DNA from: Alphaproteobacteria bacterium
Lineage (GTDB): Bacteria; Pseudomonadota; Alphaproteobacteria; UBA6615
Reading direction: 5' to 3'
Assembly (NCBI GenBank): GCA_965261975.1
Contig: CBDHEC010000047.1
Coordinates: 1-64,000, forward strand
DNA length: 64,000 bases
The notes under the pieces are model-generated. The model saw only the letters and a list, made by a program, of their open reading frames with translations, was not told the DNA's origin and made no database searches. Positions 1 through 9,016 of the stretch are shown here, in pieces (within the stretch, counting starts at the first letter, position 1; the number at the start of each line of letters is the position of its first letter). A program made the position numbers and the translations under genes.

Positions 1-1
1 T

Positions 2-706
2 TGGCCGCTCATCGTCCAGGCGGGCGGGTCCGAGGCCGGGCGGCAGCTTGCCGCCGAGACGGCAGAGGCGATCTTCGCGGCCCAACGCACCATCGAGGAC
101 GGGCGCGAATTCTATGCCGACGTGAAAGGCCGGATGACGAAACTCGGGCGCAATCCCGATCACCTCAAAATTCTGCCGGCCTGTCTCGTGGTCGTGGGTG
201 ACAGTGTCGAGGAGGCGCGTGAGAAACGCGCGGTCCTCGATTCGAAGGTGCATCTCGACAGCGCGATCGCCTCGCTGTCGATACAGCTCGGGACGGACGC
301 CTCGAAGTTCGATCTCGACGGTCCGCTGCCGGATGATATTCCCGAGAGCAATGCCTCCAAGAGCGGCCGCGAACGCGCGATCAGGATGGCCGAGCGGGAA
401 AACCTGACCGTGCGTCAGCTGGCCCAGCGGATGGGCGGCTACTCCGGTCTCGCCATGGTCGGTACGGCGGAAACAATCGCCGATGAGATGGAGGAATGGA
501 TCGAGAGTCAGGCGAGTGACGGGTTCACGATCATGTTCCCGTTTCTGCCCGAGGGGCTCGATCTCTTCGTCGACCGGGTTGTGCCGGAGATCCAGCGGCG
601 TGGTTTGTTCCGCAAAGCCTATGCCGGCAAGACACTTCGGGAAAATCTCGGCCTGCCGCGGCCTGAGAACCGCTTCTTCGCAGCGACCGACGAAGCAGCC
701 CAGTAG
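2..706 (+). CDS. NtaA/DmoA-family FMN-dependent (LLM) monooxygenase, 5'-truncated by the window edge
   Basis: Frame is open from base 2 (WPLIVQAGGSEAGRQLAAETAEAIF). Family-typical C-terminus FVDRVVPEIQRRGLFR..TLRENLGL. Confidence 0.9.
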   Translation, partial: WPLIVQAGGSEAGRQLAAETAEAIFAAQRTIEDGREFYADVKGRMTKLGRNPDHLKILPACLVVVGDSVEEAREKRAVLDSKVHLDSAIASLSIQLGTDASKFDLDGPLPDDIPESNASKSGRERAIRMAERENLTVRQLAQRMGGYSGLAMVGTAETIADEMEEWIESQASDGFTIMFPFLPEGLDLFVDRVVPEIQRRGLFRKAYAGKTLRENLGLPRPENRFFAATDEAAQ

Positions 707-715
707 GCGCTCGTC

Positions 716-1294
716 TCAGCCCAGATCCTTCACGAGCAGCAGCGCGTCGCCGCTGGCGTAATGCAGACATGGGTGCGGCACGAGCGCGCGACGGTCGGTC
801 TCGCGGTAGCCGAGTGATTCGTAGAGTCGCAACGCACCGTCATTCGGCTCGAAACAGATGAGCGAGAGTCGCGGAAGATTCTCCGCGCGGGCGCGCTCCT
901 CGGCAAACGCCATAAGGGCGCGGCCAACGCCGCCGCCCCGGCTTGTCTCGTCCACTGCCACGCCCGAGATATAGAGTGATCCCGGATCCTCCAGTTCTGA
1001 ATAGGGACGCAGCACAGGGTCGCTTTCGGCTTCGTCCGCTGCCGTCATCTCGAAGGCATGCAGCATGCCGATGACCGCGCCGTCGCGTTCGGCCACCTGA
1101 CAATTCTGGTAGGAGAAGGCCACCCCATCGCGGGCGTAACGCGCCGCACCGATTGTCAGGATGTCGCTCTCCGGACTGTCGATCTGGGACCAGATATATT
1201 CGGCGAGCCCGTCGGATGAAATCAGGAACAGGCGCGCGATGTCGGCCGCGTCGTCCCGCCGCGCGGGCCGGAGGGTGAATGGTGTCGTACCCAT
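716..1294 (-). CDS. GNAT family N-acetyltransferase
   Basis: Acetyl-CoA-binding motif VAVDETSRGGGVGRALM, followed by N..ALRLYESLGY. Confidence 0.9.
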   Translation of the reverse strand: MGTTPFTLRPARRDDAADIARLFLISSDGLAEYIWSQIDSPESDILTIGAARYARDGVAFSYQNCQVAERDGAVIGMLHAFEMTAADEAESDPVLRPYSELEDPGSLYISGVAVDETSRGGGVGRALMAFAEERARAENLPRLSLICFEPNDGALRLYESLGYRETDRRALVPHPCLHYASGDALLLVKDLG

Positions 1295-1296
1295 GG

Positions 1297-1809
1297 TTAC
1301 GAGCCCAGAAATCCGCCGCGGAAATAGACCAGCGGCGATGCCTGCGTATCGCCGCCAATCGCAACGACCTGGCCGATGGCCAGAATGGTGTTATGGCGCT
1401 CGAGCGTTTCCTCGAGCCGGCAATCCATCACGCCAACCGCACCCTGATAGACCGGCGCGCCGGTCGCGAGCGTGGACCAGCTGCCGGCGTCGAACCGGTC
1501 GGGGCCCTTGATGTCGCTCTTTCCGGAGAACAGGTCGACCACGTCTTCGGCGCCTTGCGGCAGATAATTGATCGCGAAATGGCCCGAATCCCGGATCTCG
1601 CCGAGGGCCGAAGTGCGGGCGTCGATCGACACCAGCATCGTCGGCGGGTCGGCACAGACATGGGTCGCGGACAGCCCTAGAAATCCAGCCGGTCCGGCGC
1701 TTCCGCGCGCGGTGACGATAGTTGCTGCAACCGCGCGCTGGCCGACGGCTTGCCAAAAGGCACCCACATTAATGTCGGCGTTGCCCGCGCCTGTCCCTTC
1801 CGTACCCAT
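1297..1809 (-). CDS. Flavin reductase family protein (RutF/HpaC-like)
   Basis: ATIVTA..G..ATHVCADPPTMLVSI, FAINYL, LVYFRGGF. Start placed at MGTEG behind a GGGG RBS. Confidence 0.88.
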   Translation of the reverse strand: MGTEGTGAGNADINVGAFWQAVGQRAVAATIVTARGSAGPAGFLGLSATHVCADPPTMLVSIDARTSALGEIRDSGHFAINYLPQGAEDVVDLFSGKSDIKGPDRFDAGSWSTLATGAPVYQGAVGVMDCRLEETLERHNTILAIGQVVAIGGDTQASPLVYFRGGFLGS

Positions 1810-1832
1810 CGTTTGCCCCCGTGATTTCGTCG

Positions 1833-2195
1833 CTAGGTCTTCTCGCCCCAACCCTCGAGGCGGTCATTGATCCAATCGGAGTAAATGTCCACCGCGAGCC
1901 AGATGGCCTGGGCCAGGGCGTAGTTGACGATGCCGAACAGCCAGGGGAAGTCGAATCCATCCGCGAACCAGACCCCGGCGGCGAGAAACACGGCGATGCA
2001 GATAATCGCAGAGGCGATATTCGCGGCGATGAGGCGGGAGAGCGTGCCTTCCCATTTCTTGGTCAGCCGAAAGATGATCCGGCTGACCAGGAAGCTCGGC
2101 ACGAACGCCGCGGCGAAGAAGCCCATATTGAAAACGAAACCCAAAGGGACCTCACTGGTCGATCGAAACGTCGCAGTAGCATACAATGGGCGCAC
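1833..2195 (-). CDS. Hypothetical membrane protein (about 3 TM helices)
   Basis: 120-aa ORF with three hydrophobic stretches and GC-rich third codon positions. Start uncertain. Confidence 0.6.
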   Translation of the reverse strand: MRPLYATATFRSTSEVPLGFVFNMGFFAAAFVPSFLVSRIIFRLTKKWEGTLSRLIAANIASAIICIAVFLAAGVWFADGFDFPWLFGIVNYALAQAIWLAVDIYSDWINDRLEGWGEKT

Positions 2196-2255
2196 GCGTG
2201 GCCGAACTGCATTTCGGCGTTATCATGGATTTTTTGCCCCCGAGGGAAGCGATCA

Positions 2256-2387
2256 ATGGACGAGCAGGCAGATAGCGAAGAGCGACCCGCGTCGAGCCGG
2301 TTGATGCTGGCGGCCGTCCTGTCCGCGGTTGGCCTCGGCGCGCTGGCGATGCTGGTGCTGGCAGCGGCGTCGGTGGTGTTCCGCTAG
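2256..2387 (+). CDS. Small hypothetical single-TM protein (43 aa)
   Basis: GAGGGAAG RBS before the ATG. MDEQADSEERPASSR followed by a hydrophobic helix. Confidence 0.45.
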   Translation: MDEQADSEERPASSRLMLAAVLSAVGLGALAMLVLAAASVVFR

Positions 2388-3292
2388 GCGGGGTCTGGTT
2401 GCTTCGGGGCACCGCGTTTCGCGCGGCTTTCGCGATGCGCGATATAGGTGGCGCTGGCGACGATCAGGCCGCCGCCGACCCAGGTCCAGATTTCCGGCTG
2501 CTCACCGAAAACCGCGAGGCCCAGCACCGTGGCCCAGACCAGCTGCAGAAACTGAATTGGCTGGGTCACCGTGATGTCCGCGGCCCGAAAAGCCTGCATC
2601 AACGTGTAATGCCCCGCCGTCGCCGCCGAGGCGATCGCCAGGAGCCACCCCAGTTCGATGAGAGTCGGCGTGCGCCAGACCAGCAAGGCCGGTCCCAACA
2701 AGGTGAGCGTCACGAAAATCGACAGGTAGGCGACGATCGCCGGGCTGGATTCGGTGCGGGTCAGGCGCTTGGCGATCAGGAACGAGCATGCGAACAGCGG
2801 TGCGGCCACCAACTGCGCGATCGAACCGAGGTTTATGACCTGGAACCCCGGCTGAAGAACGACGAGCGCGCCGCCGAATCCGACCAGGACGGCGCCGACC
2901 CGGTGTAGATGCAGGCGCTCGCCAAGGAAAAGCGCCGCACCGATGGTAATGAAAATGGGCGAGGTGAACCCGAGCGCGGTGACTTCGGCGATGGGAATTC
3001 GGGCCATCGCAAAAAACCAGAGCATCACGCCGCACCCATGGAGGACGCCGCGCACCGCGTGCAGGCCAAGCACCGAGCGTTCGCGGGAGAAACTGCCGAT
3101 CTGAAAGAAAACCGGGATCAGGAGCACCAGGCCGAACAGGTAGCGGATGAATGCCGCCTGGACCGGGCTCATATCCGTGCCCAGGTGGCGCACCATGCCG
3201 GTCACCCCGACAAACAGGATCCCGGTCGTCGCCATCCAGAAGATGCCACGGAGGTTGCCGTTGATGCGCGATCCCGTTTCGCCGACAGACAT
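2384..3292 (-). CDS. EamA/DMT family transporter
   Basis: About 10 TM helices in two EamA repeats (FTSPIF..LFLGERL; VFGEQP). Confidence 0.92.
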   Translation of the reverse strand: MSVGETGSRINGNLRGIFWMATTGILFVGVTGMVRHLGTDMSPVQAAFIRYLFGLVLLIPVFFQIGSFSRERSVLGLHAVRGVLHGCGVMLWFFAMARIPIAEVTALGFTSPIFITIGAALFLGERLHLHRVGAVLVGFGGALVVLQPGFQVINLGSIAQLVAAPLFACSFLIAKRLTRTESSPAIVAYLSIFVTLTLLGPALLVWRTPTLIELGWLLAIASAATAGHYTLMQAFRAADITVTQPIQFLQLVWATVLGLAVFGEQPEIWTWVGGGLIVASATYIAHRESRAKRGAPKQPDPA

Positions 3293-3301
3293 GGTTCGGA
3301 C

Positions 3302-3667
3302 TTAGGTCGGCCGGGAGGCGTGACCGATGGTCAGGAAAGCCTGCAGAATCAACAACAGGGACAATACGAATACCGGGCCATCGGGCGCGCTGGTGCGGCT
3401 GCCGACAAACGCGTTTGCGGCCAGGCCGACCACGCCGATCACCAGCGCGATCAGCGCGGCGCGTTTGAGAATTCGGGCATGGTCATGGGTCGGTTTGATG
3501 AGTTGGCGCCAGGTCACGATGGTCGCGCCGATCACCAGCACCGCGACGGTGGCCCGTGCCCCGCGCCAGACGGTAAGCCCGGTGTCGCCTGTGACGGTCA
3601 GGTAGATCGTGTAGAGGGCGCCAAGCCCGGTCAGGCTCGCGATGAGAAGGAGTGCTGCACGGTTCAT
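3302..3667 (-). CDS. Hypothetical 4-TM membrane protein
   Basis: 121-aa ORF with four hydrophobic helices. Confidence 0.7.
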   Translation of the reverse strand: MNRAALLLIASLTGLGALYTIYLTVTGDTGLTVWRGARATVAVLVIGATIVTWRQLIKPTHDHARILKRAALIALVIGVVGLAANAFVGSRTSAPDGPVFVLSLLLILQAFLTIGHASRPT

Positions 3668-3741
3668 ACCCGCGTCTTAGCACGGACTGTAGGTGAAGCC
3701 GGAGAAAGAAAAGCGACCGGGCGGGTGTTGGCTTTCTTTTC

Positions 3742-4518
3742 TCAGCGCCCGAACAGGCGTTTTATTCCGGTGCGGTCGCGTGGCGGCATGCTGACGGGGG
3801 CCTCGACCTGGCCTTCAACGACCAGCTCGTCGACGCGATACAAATGGCACAACACGTGATCAACCCCGCCTTCTGGACCGAAGGGAAGCGCGATGACGCC
3901 GCAGCTGATGGGACCCTCGGCCGTGGGCAAGGCGTCGGTTTCGTGAACCGGTGCGCCTGTGATCACCACCTCGCGTCCCAGGCTCACGATCCAGTCGACG
4001 GTCATCGCGTCGATCGGTATGGCGGACGTAGGACCGCCGGCAGGTGGTGTGAACATGTGCGCGACTTCCAGACCGGGGCGCCGGCCGCCCTGTGTAACGC
4101 GGAGCAGGAGGCTGTTGGGCCATTGTCCGGCGATCGTAACCGGGTCGATATCGGAAATCTTTGGACGCAAACGGTCGGTCGCCAGATGCTCCCAAAGGTC
4201 GATTATGGCTGACGGTGCAACAGCAGTGTGCCCGGCTGCGCTCGCGCCGATCGTTTCGGTGGATCGGGGCTGTGCTGACGGAAAGGTCCTGGCTGGGGGT
4301 TGTCGGGTCTTCTCCGCATGCACCTCGATGATCGGCGCAGGGCTTTCATGGTCGCGGTGCAACGGCTGGACAATATGTGAACCCGGGGCCTCGGCATGGT
4401 GCGTGGGCGCCGAAGGGTGCGGCCCGCGCCGGATCGATACCTTCTGCAGCGAGGCGACAGGAGCCCTGCGACCGGCCTTGTCCCGGTCATTTCGGGTCGT
4501 TGGATTATTGTTGGTCAT
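3742..4518 (-). CDS. PAS-like (PAS_5-type) domain protein with a disordered N-terminus
   Basis: IIDLWEHL..RPKISDIDP..WPNSLLL..ALPF..VDHVL resembles the alphaproteobacterial PAS_5 pattern. The first ~100 aa are Pro/Ala/Arg-rich. Confidence 0.6.
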   Translation of the reverse strand: MTNNNPTTRNDRDKAGRRAPVASLQKVSIRRGPHPSAPTHHAEAPGSHIVQPLHRDHESPAPIIEVHAEKTRQPPARTFPSAQPRSTETIGASAAGHTAVAPSAIIDLWEHLATDRLRPKISDIDPVTIAGQWPNSLLLRVTQGGRRPGLEVAHMFTPPAGGPTSAIPIDAMTVDWIVSLGREVVITGAPVHETDALPTAEGPISCGVIALPFGPEGGVDHVLCHLYRVDELVVEGQVEAPVSMPPRDRTGIKRLFGR

Positions 4519-4525
4519 TCCGGGC

Positions 4526-4552
4526 TCTCACATCCTCATTTCTCACATCCTC
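4526..4552. repeat. 12-bp direct repeat TCTCACATCCTC x2, period 15
   Basis: Exact copies at 4526-4537 and 4541-4552. Confidence 0.9.
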
Positions 4553-4589
4553 GGTTCCCGCCATCCATGCGGGGTTCGCGCGCGCGGGT

Positions 4590-5027
4590 TCAGGTCCGAT
4601 GCGCTGCGATGTTGAGGCGGTGCGGCGTTATACGGTTGGCATGCAGAGCCTGTTTGTCCTCGAGTTGTGACGCCGCCGCGCCCGGGGCGTGCTCGGCGCG
4701 ATGCAGCAGGGCATCGAGCGCTTCTGTCAGCAATCGCTGGCGACTGACATTTCGGGATTCTGCCATGCGGCAGAATTCCGCATGGCGCGCCGCGTCGATC
4801 CGGAATGTGAACTTTCGCCGTTCGGTGGCGCCGGTGCCGTTCAGGTGCGCGACGCGTGACGGTCGTGTCCGGTCGCGCGCAACGGCGACAACGCCCTGTT
4901 CTGTCGTGGCGTGCAGGTTGATGGCCGGAAGCACAATTGTCCGTCGCGCGTGGAATCTCGCTGCGTCGCCAGGATGGGTCGCGGCGGGAACCGCCGCACC
5001 TTTGTGAGCCACGAACCCGTCACTCAT
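4590..5027 (-). CDS. Putative ribbon-helix-helix protein, coupled to ParA
   Basis: RRKFTFRIDAARHAEFCRMAESRNVSRQRLLTEALDALL fits a beta-alpha-alpha RHH pattern. ATGA overlap with the ParA stop. Confidence 0.65.
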   Translation of the reverse strand: MSDGFVAHKGAAVPAATHPGDAARFHARRTIVLPAINLHATTEQGVVAVARDRTRPSRVAHLNGTGATERRKFTFRIDAARHAEFCRMAESRNVSRQRLLTEALDALLHRAEHAPGAAASQLEDKQALHANRITPHRLNIAAHRT

Positions 5028-5731
5028 GACGCGCCGTTCCAGCGCGTCTCGCCGTTGGAGCGGCCCGGTGAAAGGCGGGTGAATCCGTCGGAAATGATTG
5101 TCGGGGCGTGCCGCTGCGCCAGGCGATTGTCGAGATATCGCCACAGGCCCGAAATCTCTTCGGCGGATTTTGCCGTACGCGGCAATTCCATCACCATGCG
5201 ACCGTCGATCATGCTGGCGGCAAAGTCGGTCCTTTGGTGGATCATGACCGGGGCGACCGTGCCGTGTTGCGACAGCACGACGGCCGCTTCACCGGTGATT
5301 CGGGCGCGCCGGTTGGCGGCGTTGATGATGAACACAAGGGGCTTGCCCACGGCTTCCACCATGGCGATCGTCGTGCCTGCCGCCCGCAGGTCATGGGGGC
5401 TGGGGCGGGTGGGTATGGCGATGAGGTCTGACAGGGCGATGACCCGCTCGATCATGTCGGTGATCGCTGGCGGGGTATCGATGATCACCAGGCTGAATCC
5501 GAGGTCGCGCGCGCGCGCGAGGTCCGTTTCCAGCGTCGCGACGGAGGCGTGTAGAAATGCCGGTGTCGAGGCCAGCCGTTCGTTCCACCAATCGGTCAGG
5601 CTGCCTTGGGGGTCGGTGTCGATCACGGCGACGGGGCCGGCGCCCGCGGCCTCCGCTTCGACGGCGAGATGGCCGGCCAGCGTTGTCTTGCCGGAACCCC
5701 CTTTTTGCGAGGTCAGTGCAAGGATATTCAT
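5024..5731 (-). CDS. parA: Orphan ParA/MinD-family ATPase
   Basis: Deviant Walker A QKGGSGKTT, DTDPQGS and IIDTPP. No parB next to it. Confidence 0.92.
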   Translation of the reverse strand: MNILALTSQKGGSGKTTLAGHLAVEAEAAGAGPVAVIDTDPQGSLTDWWNERLASTPAFLHASVATLETDLARARDLGFSLVIIDTPPAITDMIERVIALSDLIAIPTRPSPHDLRAAGTTIAMVEAVGKPLVFIINAANRRARITGEAAVVLSQHGTVAPVMIHQRTDFAASMIDGRMVMELPRTAKSAEEISGLWRYLDNRLAQRHAPTIISDGFTRLSPGRSNGETRWNGAS

Positions 5732-5900
5732 GAAGACCTCCGGGTCAGTTTTCAGGGCCCGCATGCGGGGAAACTCGACCCGGAGGCTAGATTCGAGGGT
5801 CCCTCACGCCAAGAAACATTGGATAAACATGATCCTGTCTTTGATGGAAAAACGCCGTCGCTTCGGGTGCTTCATCCATCAAAATTCGACGGGTTTTCGC

Positions 5901-5930
5901 TGCAATTTCTAACGGCGGCGAGAAGTTGCA
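5901..5930. promoter_or_regulatory. Imperfect inverted repeat in the divergent parA/cupin intergenic region (candidate operator)
   Basis: TGCAATTTCT-N10-AGAAGTTGCA, 9 of 10 arm positions complementary. Confidence 0.35.
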
Positions 5931-6020
5931 ATCTTTGTGGCGCAGCCGGTGTCGAGAGTGGTTCTGGCCCCGGGCTGTCGCTACACTGGGCGCAGGAGAA
6001 AAACCCAGGGAGGAACAATC

Positions 6021-6422
6021 ATGGCGAATGCCGAAACCAAGACCGACGGCGCCTATAAGGCGGGCGACGGCACTTATGTGTTTGATGTGGACAAGTTGCA
6101 GGGGCTCGAGGCGGGCCCGGGATATGCCGAGACATTCGGTCCGGTGGTTGAGGGCGAGTTGACCCAGGTCGGGATCATGACCCTGCCCGCGGGCCAGACC
6201 TCGGCGCCCCACACCCACCCGAACGAGCAGTGGATATACCTCCTGCAGGGCCGGCTCCACGCCACGGTGGATGGCCAGGAATCCGATGTCGGGCCCGGTC
6301 AGCTGATCTACATCCCGGCCAACACCGTGCACTCGGTCACGATCTCGCCGGACGAGGATTGCCACTTCTTTACCTGCAAGGACCTGCGCAGCGGGATCGC
6401 CGGAACGCCGGTCGGTAGCTGA
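6021..6422 (+). CDS. Cupin domain protein
   Basis: PHTHPNEQ..GQLIYIPANTVH cupin motifs; GGAGGA RBS. Confidence 0.9.
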   Translation: MANAETKTDGAYKAGDGTYVFDVDKLQGLEAGPGYAETFGPVVEGELTQVGIMTLPAGQTSAPHTHPNEQWIYLLQGRLHATVDGQESDVGPGQLIYIPANTVHSVTISPDEDCHFFTCKDLRSGIAGTPVGS

Positions 6423-6438
6423 CTCCGGTCGACGCGTT

Positions 6439-6729
6439 CTAGAGCGCGTCGAACATCAGCACCGGGCCGTGAGAGCCGTCGTTGCGGGATGCGAGCCAGG
6501 GCTGGTATTCCGGGTCGGCGTAGAGGGCCTCAACGGATGCCTGGTCGGGGAACTCAAGAAGTACGATGACGTTTGGCGCGTCGGCGTCGCCTTCCATCTT
6601 GCGCACCTCCGGGGTCTGGGCGAGATAGCGCCCACCATGCTTTTCGACCAGCGCATGGACGGGGGGACCATAGGCCTCGATCCAGGACGGGTCGGTGATG
6701 GTAAGCGCCGCGGTGACGTATGTGGTCAT
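6439..6729 (-). CDS. DUF1330 domain protein
   Basis: KHGGRYL..IVLLEFPD..YADPEYQ. Confidence 0.88.
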   Translation of the reverse strand: MTTYVTAALTITDPSWIEAYGPPVHALVEKHGGRYLAQTPEVRKMEGDADAPNVIVLLEFPDQASVEALYADPEYQPWLASRNDGSHGPVLMFDAL

Positions 6730-6860
6730 GTCGTTTCCTCTTGGTGTCTGGCGCTCGATAGCGCGTCGTTGCATCATTGTAGCAGGCTGGAAAACACAAC
6801 CCCATCACATGCGTGGGACCGGTGGCCAAAGCCATTGGACCCTGCGGGTCGGAGAAAGAT

Positions 6861-7799
6861 ATGGAACGATCAGCTATCACGACCGTCGGCATCGTCGGGG
6901 CCGGCACGATCGGTTCGTCCTGGGCGGCGTATTTCCTAGCGCACGGGCTCAAGGTCCGCTGCTGGGATCCGCTCGAAGGATATGCGGAGAATGTGACGGC
7001 GTTTGTTGCGCGCGCCTGGCCGCTCATGACCGAGCTGGGGCTGTCGGAAGGCGCATCGCTGGACAATCTCAGTTGTCATGATCGCATTTCCGACGCGCTG
7101 GACGGGGTGCAGTTCGTGCAGGAAAGCGGCCCGGAAGACGCGGAAATCAAGGCGCGCCTGATGGCGGAGATCGACCGGGATATTCCCGAGGGCGTCGTGA
7201 TTTCATCGAGCTCGACCGCATTGCCCGTGTCGGAGTATCAGCATCTTGCCGCCCATCCGGGGCGGATCGTGCTCGGCCACCCGTTCAACCCGCCCCATCT
7301 GATGCCCGTGGTCGAGGTCGGCGGCGGCAAGCAGACCGAGACCTGGGCCGTCGACCGGGCGATGGAGTTCTACGATGTGATCGGCAAGACGCCGATCCGT
7401 CTGCGCGCGGAGATTCCGGGTCATCTGGTGAACCGGCTACAGGCCGCGCTTTATCGCGAGGCGGTCCATCTGGTCGCGGAGGGATATGCCTCGGTCGAGG
7501 ATATCGACAAGGCGATCACCGGCGGTCCCGGCCTGCGCTGGGCGTTCATGGGGCCGCATATGACCTATCACCTGGGCGGCGGTGATGGCGGCATCCGACG
7601 CTATCTTGAGAATCTCGGACCGAGCCAGGAACGCCGCTGGGAAGCGCTGGGCGATCCGCAACTCACGGACGCGGTGAAACAGAAGATCATCGACGGGATC
7701 GATGCCGAGGCCCACGGCCGCTCGATCAGCGAACTGACCACGGAGCGAGACGCGACATTGCTGAAGCTTCTCAAGGCGCTCGGCAACGCGAAAGACTAG
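6861..7799 (+). CDS. 3-hydroxyacyl-CoA dehydrogenase family (L-carnitine dehydrogenase/lambda-crystallin-like)
   Basis: GAGTIG, QESGPE, HPFNPPHL, GPGLRWAFMGP. Confidence 0.9.
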   Translation: MERSAITTVGIVGAGTIGSSWAAYFLAHGLKVRCWDPLEGYAENVTAFVARAWPLMTELGLSEGASLDNLSCHDRISDALDGVQFVQESGPEDAEIKARLMAEIDRDIPEGVVISSSSTALPVSEYQHLAAHPGRIVLGHPFNPPHLMPVVEVGGGKQTETWAVDRAMEFYDVIGKTPIRLRAEIPGHLVNRLQAALYREAVHLVAEGYASVEDIDKAITGGPGLRWAFMGPHMTYHLGGGDGGIRRYLENLGPSQERRWEALGDPQLTDAVKQKIIDGIDAEAHGRSISELTTERDATLLKLLKALGNAKD

Positions 7800-7841
7800 G
7801 CGCTGCGCGGCTGCTGCAGCTGATCATTCAGGGAGAGTATC

Positions 7842-9002
7842 GTGTCCACATCCAAGCCTTCACCCAGCTCGCTGTTTTCGCCACTCGATATTCGCGGCAC
7901 CCGATTTCGCAACCGGATCGTGATCTCGCCGATGTGCACCTATTCCGCAACAGACGGACTGGCGAGCGACTGGCATCTTGTGCATCTCGGCCAGTATGCG
8001 CTCGGCGGGGCGGCGGCTGTATTCACGGAGGCGGCGGCGGTCGAAGAGCGTGGCCGGATCACTCATGGCGATTTGGGTATCTGGTCGGCCGCGCATGCCG
8101 CGGCGCTGAAACCAATCACATCTTTCCTGCGCCGGAATGGCGCGCTGCCGGCGATTCAGATCGCCCATGCCGGGCGCAAGGCGAGCATGCAGCGCCCATG
8201 GCATGGCAACGGGCCGCTCGATGATACGGACCGCGCGCGCGGCGAAGATACGTGGGACATCGTTGCCGCCAGTGCCGAACCCGTGAAGGACGGCTGGCTC
8301 GTGCCCGCCGAGCTGTCGCTGCCGGAGATCGCTGGCATCCAGGAGAGTTTCGCCAAAGCAGCAGGCCATGCGGCCGAGGCGGGTTTCGAGGTGCTCGAAA
8401 TTCATTCGGCACATGGCTATCTCGCCCATTCTTTCCTGTCCCCGCTCTCGAACCATCGCAACGATGCCTATGGCGGTGACCTCGCGGGCCGCATGCGCTT
8501 TACCCTGGAAACGGCAGAGAAGGTCCGTACGGTCTGGCCCGATGACAAGCCGCTGTTCGTGCGTATCTCGGCGGTCGATGCGGACGGCAGCGAGGAGGGC
8601 TGGCAGCTTGATGATTCCGTCGCCCTGGCGAGCGAACTCAAGGCGCGCGGGGTCGATGTGGTCGACTGCTCGTCGGGTGGAATATCCGGACTTGCGACCG
8701 CAGCAATGGGGCCGCGCGATCAGGGATTCCGCGGGCCTTACGGGTCCAGAATTCGCGCCGAGACGGGCATCTCGACCATGGTCGTGGGGCTGGTGCTGGA
8801 TGCGGACATTGCCGAAGATCTTGTGACGTCCGGGGCCGCCGATCTCGTCGCCGTCGGTCGCGAGGTTCTCTACAACCCCCACTGGCCGCATCATATGGCG
8901 CGGGAACTCGGGGCGGACCCCGATTATGCCGAATGGCCCGAGCAATATGGCTGGTGGCTGGTGCGCAGAGAGCCTTTGCTGCAAGCCGTCCGCGAAGACT
9001 GA
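7842..9002 (+). CDS. NADH:flavin oxidoreductase (old yellow enzyme, YqjM/NamA-like)
   Basis: NRIVISPMC, QIAHAGRK, EIHSAHGYL..FLSPLSN.R.D.YGG. Confidence 0.93.
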   Translation: MSTSKPSPSSLFSPLDIRGTRFRNRIVISPMCTYSATDGLASDWHLVHLGQYALGGAAAVFTEAAAVEERGRITHGDLGIWSAAHAAALKPITSFLRRNGALPAIQIAHAGRKASMQRPWHGNGPLDDTDRARGEDTWDIVAASAEPVKDGWLVPAELSLPEIAGIQESFAKAAGHAAEAGFEVLEIHSAHGYLAHSFLSPLSNHRNDAYGGDLAGRMRFTLETAEKVRTVWPDDKPLFVRISAVDADGSEEGWQLDDSVALASELKARGVDVVDCSSGGISGLATAAMGPRDQGFRGPYGSRIRAETGISTMVVGLVLDADIAEDLVTSGAADLVAVGREVLYNPHWPHHMARELGADPDYAEWPEQYGWWLVRREPLLQAVRED

Positions 9003-9016
9003 ACACATCCGCGATC

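Noticed and set aside
5914-5930. Possible sigma54 -24/-12 promoter (GG..TTGCA)
   Set aside because: The GG-to-GC spacing does not fit the required 10 nt.
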